Source: Octopus sinensis (lineage: Eukaryota). Taken from it: a stretch of DNA of 64,000 nt. The notes below the pieces were generated by a model. That model had not been told where the DNA came from. It ran no database searches and saw only the letters and a list, made by a program, of their open reading frames with translations. The translations under genes and the position numbers were made by a program. The stretch covers positions 63,550,001-63,614,000 of the forward strand of contig NC_043003.1 of the NCBI RefSeq assembly GCF_006345805.1, in the 5' to 3' direction. Positions 24,465 to 38,676 of the stretch are shown here, piece by piece. How positions within the stretch are numbered: position 1 is the stretch's first letter; the number at the start of each line of letters is the position of its first letter.

Positions 24465-26057
24465 TATAAATATGTGTGTGCGTGTTTGCGTTTGTGTGTA
24501 TATATGTATGAATATGTAGGTGTGTATATATTTATATGTATAAGTATGCGTGTGTGCGAGTATGTGTGTGTGTGTGGGTCGCCTTGTGTTTGGGCTTGTC
24601 TTAACAACTAGTTTGTGTACGTACCCGTAACTAAGCGGTCCGGCAAAAGAGGCTAATAGAATAAGTACCAAACCTAGAAATAACTACTGGAGTCGGTTTG
24701 TTAAGCTAAACCCTTAAATACGATGACCCCAGATTGGTCGCAGTCCAATGACTAAAGCAAGTAAAACGCAAAATGTTAAATAAAGCATAGAAATCAGTGT
24801 CCATGACCTCTAATAGTTCAACATAAATCCTATCGATTCAATACCTGTTTTCTTGAAGCTCTTCTCCTGCAGTAGCGATGCTAGGGACGGGGGTGGACCA
24901 CCCTGGGTAATGCTTTTATGATGGCATTGGCACTTTTGGGTTTTTCAGTATAAGCCTTGGTAGAAGTTAGTGGGTGTGGAGACAAACTCATAGGCTGCTC
25001 CAGACGCACACCCTCTAGTTACACCCTGTTCTGTTCATCTCTGTAAGGCCCAGGCGTTCATGGCCCTTAGTGTATGATTTGCGATCTCATGACTGCCTAC
25101 CTCCACAAGCAAATATCTTATTCTCCACTCATTCTTGAAGCAGTCTTTAACCACCTCCTGGTCCTTAGCTTTCTTGCTCTCTTATATCTCCTCTATCCTC
25201 TCGTTCCAGAGCACAAAGTTGATTATAGCCATTATCAAATATTCTTTCAGTCATTCTAAGATCTAGTAAACACGAGCAAACCTCAACATCAGTGAGTGTT
25301 AGGTTTCTAATAGACTCGAACATTTTTGAACTTATCACCGAACTTATCAAACTTCAAGCGTCCTTCTTGCTGCTTTTCCCCATTTTTTAAAAATAATTTG
25401 GATACCAGTGTTATCTCCCTTGACTTTCTTAAGCTAATTAAATCTAATTCATTTTATATTTTCTTCATTAAGGCGGCCATCTTAATTGATTAAAAATTCT
25501 TTTGGTCCACATCATTAAGCTTGTTAGTCGCCATTGTTACACTTTACTATAATTATATTCCTTTTCTCCATCTTGGAGGAATTGCTGGTTTAGTAAAATA
25601 TTTGTGAAGTGGGAATATTCCATTGATGTCAACTGGCATAATCTGCTTGTAATGTAATACAAGGCAAATGAATCCAGCATATACACACATATTTGCATGA
25701 AAGTATTTCATTTGAATATATTGATTTCTTTTGTGTATGCCCTGAGCCCCGACAAAAGCTGAGAAAAGAGGTGTTGTGTCATGTCTTTCTCAAGGGGAAT
25801 GGTGACATACGAATTTTTCGTTGTTGCATGGTATTCTCTACAATTAATTCAACACAGTATTATTCATAAAACACATACCTCAGTGTGTGTATGTGTGTGT
25901 GTGTGCACTTAAAATGAAAAGAACAGAAATGCATTTTACATTTATAAACATGAAAATGCTTCCAAGTAGAAGAGAAAAAATGGCTTATTCTCCTTTACTA
26001 CTTCTACCCAGAGGGTTGTTATGTATGTATATCTATGTATATGTATATACATACGCA

Positions 26058-26092
<35 letters not shown>

Positions 26093-26239
26093 CACACACA
26101 CACACAAATACATATATATATACATATGTAATTGGTTAGATGTCTCCACAAGTTAGAAAAGGTACACTCTAAAAGAGAAATTGAGCAATTATACCTTTGT
26201 ATTGTTGAGCAGTATATTCCTGGTTATGGCACATTATAT

Positions 26240-26302
<63 letters not shown>

Positions 26303-27854
26303 GTGAGAGAGAGAGAGAGAGAGAGAGAAGACGGAGACAGAAAGAAGTGAAAGTGAGGGAAACTTAATCCATAAATTCATGGCGATGAATAAGCAGCGTG
26401 CTTACTTATATTTCTCCTTTTCACCAAAAACAGTGTTTCGGTATTTTGTTCTTTTAAAGAAAGGATTAGGAATTTTGAAGATGTCGGATGCATGAATGTG
26501 GCTTGAGTAGGCTTAACAGAAAAAAGGCACCTGACATGTATATGGGATTTATTATCTTGAGAGGAACAACCCCAGGTTACACTTCAGGACTACAACAACA
26601 TCCACTGAGATCGGAAATTATGTGACTATAATGGAAGTTTTACATTCTCGCTTGAAATATTAGATGCAAAAACCGAGTCTTCCTTAAACCAGATCTTGTT
26701 GCTTTCAAATACAGAATGAATACACATGTTAACATAAGCCTAGATACACTGTTCCCCAAGAGAAAAGAAAGAACGATAGTCACGACAGGAATGTCTTCGA
26801 CTGTAGAACTGCGCCCATGCTGTGACATCGCCCCGAGGATATTTTGTTGAACAAATCGATCCCAGTATTTATTTTAATTTTCAAATCTGAGAATTACTCT
26901 ATCGGTCTCTTTTGCTAAAGCGCTAGGTTACTGTGAGGTAAATAAACCAGCATCGGTTTGTCAAGCGGTATCTAGGGTGACAGTGACAGATATAAAGTCT
27001 AAGATATATATATATATATATATATGTGTGTGTCTGTATGTATGTTTGAATGCATATGTATATATATATGTATAAATATATATGTATGTATACATATGCA
27101 TACATATACATACTTATATATACATACATACATACATATACATATATAAATATATATGTACACACACTCACACACACATACACATATTTGTGAAGGTAAT
27201 TTACCCAATATTTCTGTTTTCCTAATCGGGTTTCTGCGTCCGAAAGTAAATCACCATCTTATTTGCATCTTACAATACACATTTCGATGCTTCTAAAAAA
27301 CAAATATTAGTTTGTTTATATTTACATATGCGTAGTAGTCCAAGATTGCGGATTGATTTGTCAACGGGAAGTTTAGCTTAATGGTAAAGCACTTACCCGG
27401 AATCTTCAAAAGCTGTGGGTTGGAGTCCCATGGCTGTTTGTTGACTCATCACCTTATTTGTACAATACATATGTCGAATTATATATATATATATATATAA
27501 TTCTTCTTTGTCGCTATGTGTATCAAAGCAAATAAACTATAAATAATAGGGTGCAAATATTGGGTGAAAAGCCTTTGTAAGCCTAACCTAAACCTTTCTA
27601 AACGGGAAATGTGGGTTCAAGTCCTACGGGCAGCGTTCTACTTTTTCCATTAAAAGGGTTTTTAACCAAATATTTACATATTATTTTTTAGATATTTAGA
27701 TTGTTGTCTATTTGCGGTATACTTCTCCGAAAAAAATTCATAATCTCTCAAAGCTTAAAAATTCTTATGACGTGAACAATACACGCACTCGCGCATGCGC
27801 GTGCACACACACGTATATGTACATATGTATATATATGTGTATGATATATATGTA

Positions 27855-28500
27855 TATCTCTCCTCATTTTTAATTATCATAAATCTTCCACTGAGTAGGG
27901 AGCCGGTTTCCAACAAAGATACAAGGCTCCATCTTTGGGATGGAGTTAACTCAAATTCACATTGGGAACTTGAGAAAAGTCTTGATATTTTTACTGTTCC
28001 ACTCACAGATTGCACTTGTAATGTACGAATTAGCTGGTCGCTTTCTCTTTCTGAAAATCACAGTTTATCCAGATTCTCCTTTAAGCATTTACTAACAAAA
28101 CTTAGTGCTACAATTATTATTGATATGAATATGAATTCATAGTCTGGATATAGAAGCTGGAGGCTTCAAAGCAGTTGTCCATAGATATCCTCTTTTACTT
28201 TGATTTTTAAAGAAATATTTATATCTGCAGGGCAGCTGACCTCTATGATGGTACATACCTTTGCCCCTCTGTCACAAACAACAATATCCGGCCTGTTATG
28301 TTTGCATTTGACAGAAGTTTTGATGGGAATATTCCACCAGTATTCCTTGGGTTGGTGTTTATGAATGTATTCCATAACAGAGGGATTTTCTAAGTTTATT
28401 TCAGGACAGTCTTTTTTGTGGATGGCATTGTAAATTGTTTTAGCAACAGCATCGTGCAGCACAGGGAGGTAGTACTGTGACGACATTTTAGAACAGGTAT
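27855..28500 (-). mobile_element. R4/Dong-like non-LTR retrotransposon 3' end (restriction-like endonuclease domain plus 3' UTR)
   Basis: TCSKMSSQYYLPVLHDAVAK...YWWNIPIKT..KHNRPDIVV...IIEVSCPAD...KEDIYGQLL*SLQLLYPDY...FSERESDQLIRTLQVQSVSG: end of the CCHC knuckle followed by a PD-(D/E)xK-type RLE motif. Confidence 0.8.
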
Positions 28501-29589
28501 TAATAAAGAAATTTTTTTAAATAAAGAAATATTTTAGAACAGGTATGCATGTGTATGTATGTGTGTGTATACGACGGACTTCCACGCAGTTTTTGTCTAG
28601 CAAATTTTCTCATAACCCATTGGTCGGTCCGGCTTTATAGTAGAAGACACTTACCCAAATTACAGCGCAGTGGAACTGAATTCAAAACCACGTGGTTGCA
28701 AATCAGGCTTCTTAATTACACACTCGTAAACAACAACCGCAACAACAACGAGGACGCCGGCAACAACAACAACAACAACTACTACAATATCAGCTATGCT
28801 TCTTGCAGACTGTTACTTACTCTCCAACTAAATAACGATGTCAATGCTACTTTATTTGGTCGTCCCGGTTGGGAAATATCATCTATCTAAGAAAGTAAGT
28901 GAACGTCTATACTTTGGCTGGCAAACTTGGCTGAACTTATGAATGGCAGCTAGGTTAGAGGTTGAAGATTAGTGACAGTATAAACCCCAACAAAGGTGAA
29001 ACTGTCAAATTTCTGTCTGTAATGTAGGTATTGTTGCTACGTTGGTGATGGTCTTGAGAGTACGGTATGCTACCAATCACTCTTAGCTGAGCTCTGGAAT
29101 GTTTTCTTTCACTGTCATATAAAGTCGTTGTATGGAAGATGATTAATAATTAAAATTTCTGATTTTGCTGCGACATATTCTAAAACTGTTTGGCTGATAT
29201 CCGCCAGTTTCTCCACCACCACACTCACCTCTCCACAATTTTCCAGGTATATTATATTCTAAATTGTTAAACGCCACTCAAATATATGACAAATCACACC
29301 AATTTATCAAATTATCAACTTTGCCGACAGAGGAATGTTATTTGGTAATTCCCAGAAAACAAAAATGACCCTTTAAAAGTAGCATGTGTGTGTGTGTGCG
29401 TGCGTGTACGTTGCTGTAAGTCGAAAGAACAAGAAAAGTGTTCTGAATATATGACGTAGTGAATATGGTTTTTCTTTTTCTTTTACTGAAACTGAAGCAG
29501 AGAGTTTGTCTCGTGACTCGAGATTAAAGCCATTGCAATCTTCTGACGAATCACATATACATACAAAAATTATTATCATTATTGTTATC

Positions 29590-30134
29590 GAGTGAGAGAG
29601 CAGCGCATGCCGTCAAAGTGACGCTGGAGTACAAGTATATGTAGCCCAGTATACCCATCATGACTACACGTCTGATAAGGGTGCACCAAACACATGCATC
29701 ACAACCATATGTGCGTGACATATTGATCTCATATCAAGACAAACAGCGCATGACCTTGCAGGTGGGGGCCCAGTTAGAATTTTCTTCTGGTCGAGTAACC
29801 CATTCCGCTCAAAAGGTCCCTGAATAAGTTTTATTTAAGGATGATGAACGAAACACCTATGTTTCCAGAGGTGAATTATTCAAATATCAAAGAATTTCTC
29901 TCAACACATGGTTATGATGCTCCCTCACTACTTCTGCTTGGGATCAGAGATGCACATATCGTCAGCCACTAAGGGACATGCTCAGCTGTTTAAGGTCAAA
30001 CAACTGACAAGCAAATCTGTGGTATTGAGCAGAATATTTGCTGCAGCCCATCTTTTATACCAAGACAAAACAATGTACATGATAACACTTCCAATCAGTT
30101 AAGATCAGAAGCCATGAGAGCCACTATCTGGGCA

Positions 30135-30187
<53 letters not shown>

Positions 30188-30207
30188 TATTATTATTATT
30201 ATTATTA

Positions 30208-30255
<48 letters not shown>
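29590..30255 (+). repeat. Probable retroposon 3' segment with a (CAT)n(TAT)n tail
   Basis: Non-coding, GC-richer ~540 bp block ending abruptly in a trinucleotide tail; resembles LINE 3' ends I recall from octopus; no second copy in the window. Confidence 0.45.
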
Positions 30256-30436
30256 TATGTTTGACTTTTGCTTTATGTCTGTACAAGTTGGCTCCAAGTC
30301 TCACCCAGAGACCTCAAGAGACAACAGGTTGGAAGTTCACGTTGTTGTTATGCCTAGTCTGCCATATATTTGTTTTTTCTTTGGTGTTGTACTAGTGAAT
30401 GTCTAATAAATAAATAAAAATAAATAAAAAATAAAA

Positions 30437-30480
<44 letters not shown>

Positions 30481-31639
30481 GTCACATGTTTCGTCTCTAT
30501 GCTCTTAAGTGAAATCCCTCCAAGACAGGTGAGACTGAGTTTGTGTTTCCATTCCTCACCAGCATACTACCCCATCTTCATACGTACGTCTGTAACTATA
30601 TTCCTCAAGTTTCGTTATAAGAGCTAGAAATAGTTCGGTATCAGTTCAATTGGTTGTACGATTGATTCCATTGTAAAAATTGACTCCTGAACAAACAGAC
30701 TAAACCAATTTAAGAATAACCCAGAAATATACCAAATTAAAACGAATCCAAAATATACCAAAGTGATATTTTAAACCTGGCACCATAATGGTTGAAACTG
30801 GACTGTTTTTAATGCAATTTTCGGTGATTTGTGGTTGTAAAGAGGCCAGTAATCTCGGCCTCAAACAGACAAGTCACTCCGGGATATGACACAAGTCTAT
30901 TATAAGTAATTGACCTTGGTTTATGGAGTTAATTAGTTAATTTAGGCTTGAAGAGTAACGTGTTCTCTGCAAAAACAGAGAATAATATTTGGGTCTAATA
31001 TACTAGTATGTGGACAATCTATTAATTTTATTAGCATATTATGATAGCTTATCACATCTTCAGTTTTGGACTGTTTCATACACAACATAGAAGTTTCATA
31101 GAGACTTAACTTTTAAAGCCTAATGCCAAATTATAGAATTTACGAGACGGTGTTTAACAATGTATGGAGATGGTTTTAAAAACGCAAACAATACGGGCAT
31201 TTGCAAAGTTTAGTAGGAATCTAGTTGGATGTGAATCAGTGTTTAGAATCAAGATGATTAACTAAAAATTAATGGGGATTTAGTTGGGTACAAGTCAGTA
31301 TGTATGCGGACGATAGATTTGCAAATGGCAGCACAAAGCGAAGACATATTTAACGTACGCAGACTGTCCCGTGCACTATTGCAAGTTTTAATGTGTATGT
31401 GTGCCATGCTATAGATTAAAATGAAAATATTGTACCATTGGGATCAGGTCAAAGAATAATGATTTTGGTATAAATGACATTGATTATAAGCAAACATGGA
31501 CCGTTTTGTAAGGACAGATATTCGACTTAGGGACTTTAACGTTTGATTTCAGTAATAGAAGTGTTGAGTACGAAAGATCTCTATATCGTGGAGAATTTCC
31601 ATTTTTTCCCTTTTTTTTTTTTTTTCTAGTTTTCTCTCT

Positions 31640-32346
31640 TATAAGAATTGTCTTCGTGTCGTCGTCAACGGGTTTATCTTGTATCCGAGTATATAGTTTC
31701 TTCTTTGCAGAGCGCTTCCTATATGGTGATGCCGTTGATGATTCTGTAGACCAATTCTTGCATAGAAGAGTCGATGGCATCGACTGCATGGCAATGTTGG
31801 TGGAGGACGAGGTTGATTTTTCGAGCCTTTCTCTGCTGTCGCTTGATTTCTTCCTTTTCTCTTCTGGTGGCCCGAGACTGTACCACCACTTGTTTCAAAC
31901 GATTTAGGCTCAAATCTAATGGCTTTCAGAGTTGCTTTGAGTTGGTCCTTTTATCTTCGAAGAGAACAACCCTGTGGTCTTTTTCCCGAAGTGAGCTCAC
32001 TGAATAAAACTTGGAGTGGGAACCTTGACTCTTCCGTTCTTGCTACATGTCCTAACCATCGAAGACGGTGTTTTATGCTCAGCGATTCGATACTTTGACC
32101 GTTGGCTCTTTCCAGGACTTTGTTGTTGGTTACATAAAGTTCCCATTTGAAGCTCAAGATTGAACGAAGCTTTTGTTGGTGAAAGCGTTGTAATGCTTGG
32201 ATGTCGTAACGATACAGAGTTCGGGTTCCGCAACCATAAAGCAATTATGAAATGACAACTGCATTATAAACCATAATTTTCGTTGTTGAGATATTTCCAA
32301 ATTCCTCGTGTGCTGCTCCAATTCCTCATGTAATATTTGTACATTC
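31640..32346 (-). mobile_element. RTE-clade LINE 3' end
   Basis: TTKIMVYNAVVIS*LLYGCG..LQRFHQQKLRSIL...RLRWLGHVAR...VLFSELTSGKRPQG, then terminal zinc-finger-like CSRCHRLFYARIGLQNHQRHH and a gacgacgac tail. Confidence 0.9.
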
Positions 32347-32748
32347 CTAAGGCGGCGAGCCGGCAGAAACGTTAGCACGCCGGGCGAAATGCTTAGAGGT
32401 ATTTCGTCTGCTGTTACGTTCTGAGTTCAAATTCCGCCGAGGTCGACTTTGCTTTTCATCCTTTCAGGGTCGAGCAAGTAAGTACCAGTTACGCACTGGG
32501 GTCGATATAATCGACTTAATCCGTTTGTCTGTCCTTGTTTGTCCTCTCTGCGTTTAGCCCCTTGTGGGTAGTAAAGAAATAGGTATTTCGTCTGCCGCTA
32601 CGTTCTGAGTTCAAATTCTGCCGAGGTCGACTTTGCTTTCATCCTTTCAGCGTCGATAAATTAAGTACCCGTTGCGTACTGAAGTCAATCTAATCGACTG
32701 GGCCCCTCCCCAAATGTTTCAGGCCTTGTCCCGAGAGTAGAACAGAAC
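32347..32748 (+). mobile_element. Dimeric SINE family A with 12 bp TSD
   Basis: atttgtacattc at 32335-32346 and 32749-32760 flanks a full monomer plus a 5'-truncated monomer. Confidence 0.9.
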
Positions 32749-32856
32749 ATTTGTACATTCTTATTTTCGATATTTTGGATTTTGTTCGCTTTATTCCAGT
32801 GTTATTATATATTATCACGAAAAATACTGTTACTGCAGTGTTTTTTTCTTTTTGCC

Positions 32857-32900
<44 letters not shown>

Positions 32901-33724
32901 TTCTAGTCTTCCTCTACAACTTGTGTTTATCAATTTTGAAATTTGAATAAATTTTACATCTTTTCAGACCCATTACAGGAACAAGAATCAATAAGTACTA
33001 GTAATATACGCGGTTGATTCCCTACTACCACCCACCGCTAACACCAACACCACCAACAACAACAACATAACCACCACCATCATCACCACTACCACCAGCA
33101 CCACCACCAACACCACTACCATCATCATTATCATTATTACCACATCTATCACCATGTCTACTCACCACCATCACCGCCACCACCACCACCATCCGCATCG
33201 TTGTCTTCTATCGACTGCATGTTTCCCTTGCGTCAGTCACAATGGCGCCACATATCCCAATCCACCATCATCAATATCATAATTTCTGTTCGCTCAAAAG
33301 AGCTTTAAAAAAATCCAAAGTAAACAAACAAATAATTCCTAACATTAATATTACAAAAAATCACATTTAGGAGGAGCGTGAAGTCAATTAAGCAGCCTCC
33401 AAAACTTAATTAATTTGAGTGTGAGAAAGAGAGAAAGAGAGACAGAGATTTAAAGCAATTCTAAAGCTCCTTAGAGTTTCTCCAACTCACTGTTCTTTGC
33501 CCTTATAACAATAATAACCCCGAAGCCTAGATATACTGACCAACAGCCTCGCCTCCAGCTAGTCGCACGGATTTGTGTCAGTGACCAGGTCGCAACTGAA
33601 GCAGCCAAAATTTTGACACCAGTTTTTGTGCATTTTTGAATGGTTAATATGTCTTCAGTCGTTTTTCTATCAACACAGTCTCAAACCAAACCACGTTCCA
33701 GGCAAGTAAATATTCGAAATAATA

Positions 33725-34348
33725 ATGGTTTCAAATTTTGGCACAAAACCAGCAATTTCGGAGAAGGGGGTAAGTCAATTACACCGACCCCCACCCCAGT
33801 ACTCAAGTGGTACTTATTTTATCGACCCCGCGAGGGTGAAATGCAAAATCGATCCCGGCGGCATTTGAACCCAGAACGTAAAGGCGGACAAAATGCTAAC
33901 TATTCTGCCAGCTGGCAGCATTATCCGAAATAATATTAATTTCTTTAAAGGGCTTAAGATAAAGCTATACACTTGGATTAAGCCTAGGAAACAGTTGATC
34001 GTGTATTATTTCAATACACGATAAGTTTTTCATTTTATCGACTCCAGAGGAAGGAAAGGTAAAATCGAGAACGATGAGATTTGAACTCAGAACCTTAAGA
34101 CAATGCAACTAAGGAGGAGAAAGTATTTTGACCATTACTATACCAAATCGTCAACCGATTATTCTTTTCTACTCTAAGCACAAGGCTTAAAATTTTTGGG
34201 GAGGGTGGGGAGCAGTCGATTAGATCGACCCTAGTACGCAACTGGTACTTAATTTATCGACCCCAAAAGGATGAAGGGCAAAGTCGACCTCGGCGGAATT
34301 TGAATTCAGAACGTAAATCCAGACGATGTCAACCGATTATTGTTATAA

Positions 34349-34380
<32 letters not shown>

Positions 34381-35390
34381 GCATCTTTAAGGCGGCGAGC
34401 TGGCAGAATCGTTAGCACGCCGGGCGAAATGCTTAGCGCCTTTTCGTCTGTCGTTACGCTCTGAATTCATATTCCGCCGAGGTCAACTTTGTCTTTCATC
34501 ATTTGGGGGTCGATAAATTAAGCACCAATTGAGTACTGGGGTCGATATAATCGATGATCCCCCTCCCCAAAATTCCTGGCTTTGTGCCTATAGTAGAAAA
34601 TATTATTAAGGCGACGAGTTGGCAGAATCGTTAGCGTACCGGCGAAATGATTTACGGTATTTCGCCCGTCGCTATGTTCTGAGTTCAAATTCAGCTGCGG
34701 TCGACTTTGCCTTTCATCCTTTCGGGATCGATTAAATAAGTACCAGTTACGCACTGAGGTCGATGTACTCGACTTAATCTCCTCCCCCAAGTTGCCACTG
34801 TGGAAAAAATTTGAAATCATTATTATTAATGGCATTTTTAAGGCGGCGAGCTGGCAGATTCGTTAGTACGCCGGGCAAAATGCTTAGCGGTATTTCGTCT
34901 ACCACTACGTTCTGAGTTCAATTCCTCCGAGGTCCACTTTGCCTTTTATTCTTTCGGGGTCGATAAATTAAGTACCAGTAAAATACTGGGGATCGATGTA
35001 ATCGACTAGCCCTCTTCCTCCAAAATTTCAAGGCCTTGCACCTTCAGTAGAAAGGAATGTTAATGGTATTTTTAGTACGCCGGGGAAAATGCTTTGCAGC
35101 ATTTCGTCCGTCTTTAAGTTCTGAGTTCAAATTCCGCCGAGGTCGACTTTGCCTTTCATCCTTTCGGGGTCTATAAATTAAGTACCAGAATCGTTAGTTC
35201 TCCAGACAAAATGTTTAGCAGCATTTCCTCCATCTTTACATTCTGCGTTCAAATTCAGCTGAAGTCGACCTTGCTTACCACACTTTCGAATTCGATAAAT
35301 TCAGCCCCACTTATACACTGGAGTCGATGCAATTGACTACCGTATCTCTACAAATTTCAAGCCTTTTGCTTATAAAAGAAAACGTTATTG
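33725..35390. mobile_element. Cluster of about 8 SINE family A copies (3 on minus, then 5 head-to-tail on plus)
   Basis: Repeated gttctgagttcaaatt/gtcgactttgcc motifs; 14 bp TSD gtcaaccgattatt at 34150 and 34328. Confidence 0.85.
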
Positions 35391-35427
35391 GTAGCTAAAC
35401 TTGATATGTATTACTTTCTAAAAACTG

Positions 35428-35590
35428 TAGGCGCAGGCGTGGCTGTGTGGTAAGTAGCTTGCGTCCCAACTGTATGGTTCTGGGTTCAGTCTTATTGTGT
35501 GGCATCCTGGGCAAGTGTCTTCTACTATAGCCTCAGGCCAACCAAAGCCGTGTGAATGGACTTGGTAGACTGAAACTGGAAGAATATATA
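35428..35590 (+). mobile_element. SINE family B 5' half
   Basis: gcgcaggcgtggctgtgtggtaagtagc...gggcaagtgtcttctactatagcc. Confidence 0.85.
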
Positions 35591-35600
35591 TTTGTGATGT

Positions 35601-36105
35601 GGAGGCGCAATGGCCCAGTGGTTAAGGCAGTGAACTTGTGGTCATAGGATCGCGGTGAGTGTTTATTGAGCGAAAACACCTAAGTTCCACGAAGCTCCGG
35701 CAGGGGGTGGTGACGAACCCTGCTGTACTCTTTCACCACTACTTTTTCTCACTTTTTCTTCCTGTTTCTGTTGTACCTGTATTTCAAAGGGCCTGCCTTG
35801 TCACACTCTGTGTCATGCTGAATCTCCCCGAGAACTACGTTAAGGATACACGTGTCTGTTGAGTGCTCAGCCACTTGCACGTTTATTTCAGTTCACTCAG
35901 CTGTAGAAATGAGATGCGACATCACATGTGCCAAGCTGTATCGGCCCCTTTGCCTTTCCCTTAGATAACACTCGTGGTAAGAAGAGGGGAGGCCGGTATG
36001 CATGGGCAACTGCTGGTTTTCCATAAACAGCCTTGCCTGGACTTGTTCCTTGGAGGGTGACTTTATAGGTGCAATTCCATGGTCAGTTATGGCCGAAGGG
36101 TGTCT
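35601..36105 (+). mobile_element. SINE family C, long form
   Basis: tRNA-like head ggcgcaatggcccagtggttaaggc; body gagcgaaaacacctaagttccacg; GC-rich 3' extension. Confidence 0.75.
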
Positions 36106-37494
36106 CAGCATATATTTGTGAGCGTATTTGTGTGCGTGTGTCTGTGTTTGTCCCCCTGGTTGACAACCGATGCTGGTGTGTTTATGCCCCCGGAAATCTA
36201 GCGGTTCGGTAAAAGTGACCGAGAGAGTACGTACTAGGCTGACAAAGAATAAGTCCTGGGGTCTATTTCTTCGACTAACATCCTTTAAGGCGGTGCTCCA
36301 GCATTGCCGCAGTCAACTGACTGAAACAAATAAAAGAACAAATGAACAATATTACAGAATAAGCGGCGAACTAGCAGAATCTTTAGCGAACCGGGTAAAA
36401 CGCTCTGCAGCATTTTCCCGTCTTTACGTTCTGCGTTCAAATCCTGCCGAGGTCGTCTTTTTAGTTCATCCTTTCGGGGGCGATAAAATAAGTACCAGTA
36501 CTAGGGTCGGAGTAATCGACTTACCTTCTCCCACCAAAACCGCTGACCTTGTTTCTGGTATTGTTGTGTTAAAGGCGCAGTGCTGGCTGAGACGTTAGAG
36601 CATAGAATAAAATAGCCTGTGGTATTCATTTCGGATTTTTGCATGCTGAGGTCAAATCTTACCGAGTCAACTTTGTTTTTTATTCCTTTCGAGATCGATA
36701 AAGTTCCAGTAGTGAGGTGGATTCTTCAGCTCCATTCTCTTTTTATCGATCGTGTTCAGTGTGCCAGATCTAAAAATATTCAGGACATGCCGTATGTCCC
36801 GATCACACCATTGCATCTCGCCAAGGAGTTGAAAACCCATGGGAGGGAGGTTCTGATTTCTTACGCAGTCACAAAGACTTAGATTAGAGGTGGGGAGGGA
36901 CATGGTCAATGCGATCGATTCAAGTGTAGCCTTGATATTTATTCTGTCGAAGCCAATACTTATTTTTAACGTCTGGCACCTACTTTAATGGTTTCTTACG
37001 TTGAATTGCTAAGTACGAGGGTTGTAAAGAAACCAACACCGGGTGAAGGACAAACACAAAGACATGCAAATATACCCATCTATCCATTCATCCATCCATC
37101 CCTCCATACATACATGTGTGTATGTGTACGTACGACGGGTTTCCTTTAGGTTTTCCTTCTGCGAAATTCATTCATATGGCATTGATTAGTCTGTGGCTGT
37201 AGTTGAAGACATTTGTCCTAGTGGAACTGAACCCGAAAGCACGTGGCTGCGCAAGATGTAGGTAGGATTTACCCAATAGGTTAATGTTTACAATATTACA
37301 AAAAAATAAAGGGTTTGCGGCACATTAGGCATCCGTAATGCATGTCGCTTGAAAGGTATTTATATACAATTTCATTTAAAGATATTTATTTTCCCCAAAG
37401 TTATGGGCGAAAACCTCGGATTCTGTGAAATTTCGGAAGTCCTCTCCCCACCCCTCGGAAAAGATTTTACCCACAAATTTCTACATACATAAAT

Positions 37495-37710
37495 ACGGGA
37501 TTTTCAGAAAGAGAAATCGACCGGCTAATTCGTACATTACAAATGCAATCTGTGAGTGGAAAAGTAAAAATATGCAAGACTTTTCTCAAGTTCCAAATGT
37601 GAATTCGTCTGTTTTAACTACATCCCAAAGGTGGAACCTTCTATCTTTGTTGGAAACCGGCTTCCTCCTCAGTGGAAGATTTATAATTAAAAATAGGAGA
37701 GACATCCATA
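37495..37710 (+). mobile_element. R4/Dong-like element, extreme 3' end (same family as 27855-28500)
   Basis: GFSEREIDRLIRTLQMQSVSGKVKICKTFLKFQM* plus a 3' UTR co-linear with the reverse complement of 27855-28050. Confidence 0.85.
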
Positions 37711-37719
37711 CATGCATAA

Positions 37720-38080
37720 ATACAGACAGACAGACAGACAGACAGATAGACGGACAGACAAACAGATAGACAGACAAACAGACAAACAAACATTCAGACT
37801 GATAGGGTAACAAAATCAACACACCAGAAGACAAGTATACAGATACATGTATGTATGTATGTATGTATGTATGTAGGTAGGTAGGTAGGTAGGTGGGTGG
37901 GTAGGTAAGAATGTATGTACATAGAAACAGTTTCAAACAGATTAAAATAGAGATGAAGAGAAAGATGTAGACAAGCAGATAGATTCGTGATTTAAACAGA
38001 GATAACTCGGCAACGGATGGTAGGCAGATAGTGTGAGAGGGAAAGAGAACTATGTATGTGCACGTGCGTGTGCATGTATG

Positions 38081-38129
<49 letters not shown>

Positions 38130-38220
38130 TATATATAATGAATATGCGCGCGCATGTATAGGTAGGTAAGTAGGTATATATACATACATAAATATGCGTG
38201 TGTGGGGAGCTAAGTGTGTT

Positions 38221-38263
<43 letters not shown>

Positions 38264-38380
38264 TATAAACATACATATATATTATGTGTATGTATGTATG
38301 TATGTATGTATGTATATATATATATATAGATATATATATATATGTATATATATATGTATGTATATATGTATGTATGTATG

Positions 38381-38412
<32 letters not shown>

Positions 38413-38416
38413 ATAC

Positions 38417-38450
<34 letters not shown>

Positions 38451-38451
38451 T

Positions 38452-38500
<49 letters not shown>

Positions 38501-38629
38501 TGTATAAATGCATACATATATACATAGAAATATATGTGTGTGTAAGCGTATTTTCCATAACTAGTTCATTGACTGATCGAAGGAATCCATATCCTGTAGG
38601 TATGCATATATGTGTGTGTGTTTGTGTGT

Positions 38630-38676
<47 letters not shown>

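Noticed and set aside
36170-36909. 142-aa and 87-aa ORFs
   Set aside because: They are read-throughs of adjacent SINE B and SINE A fragments.
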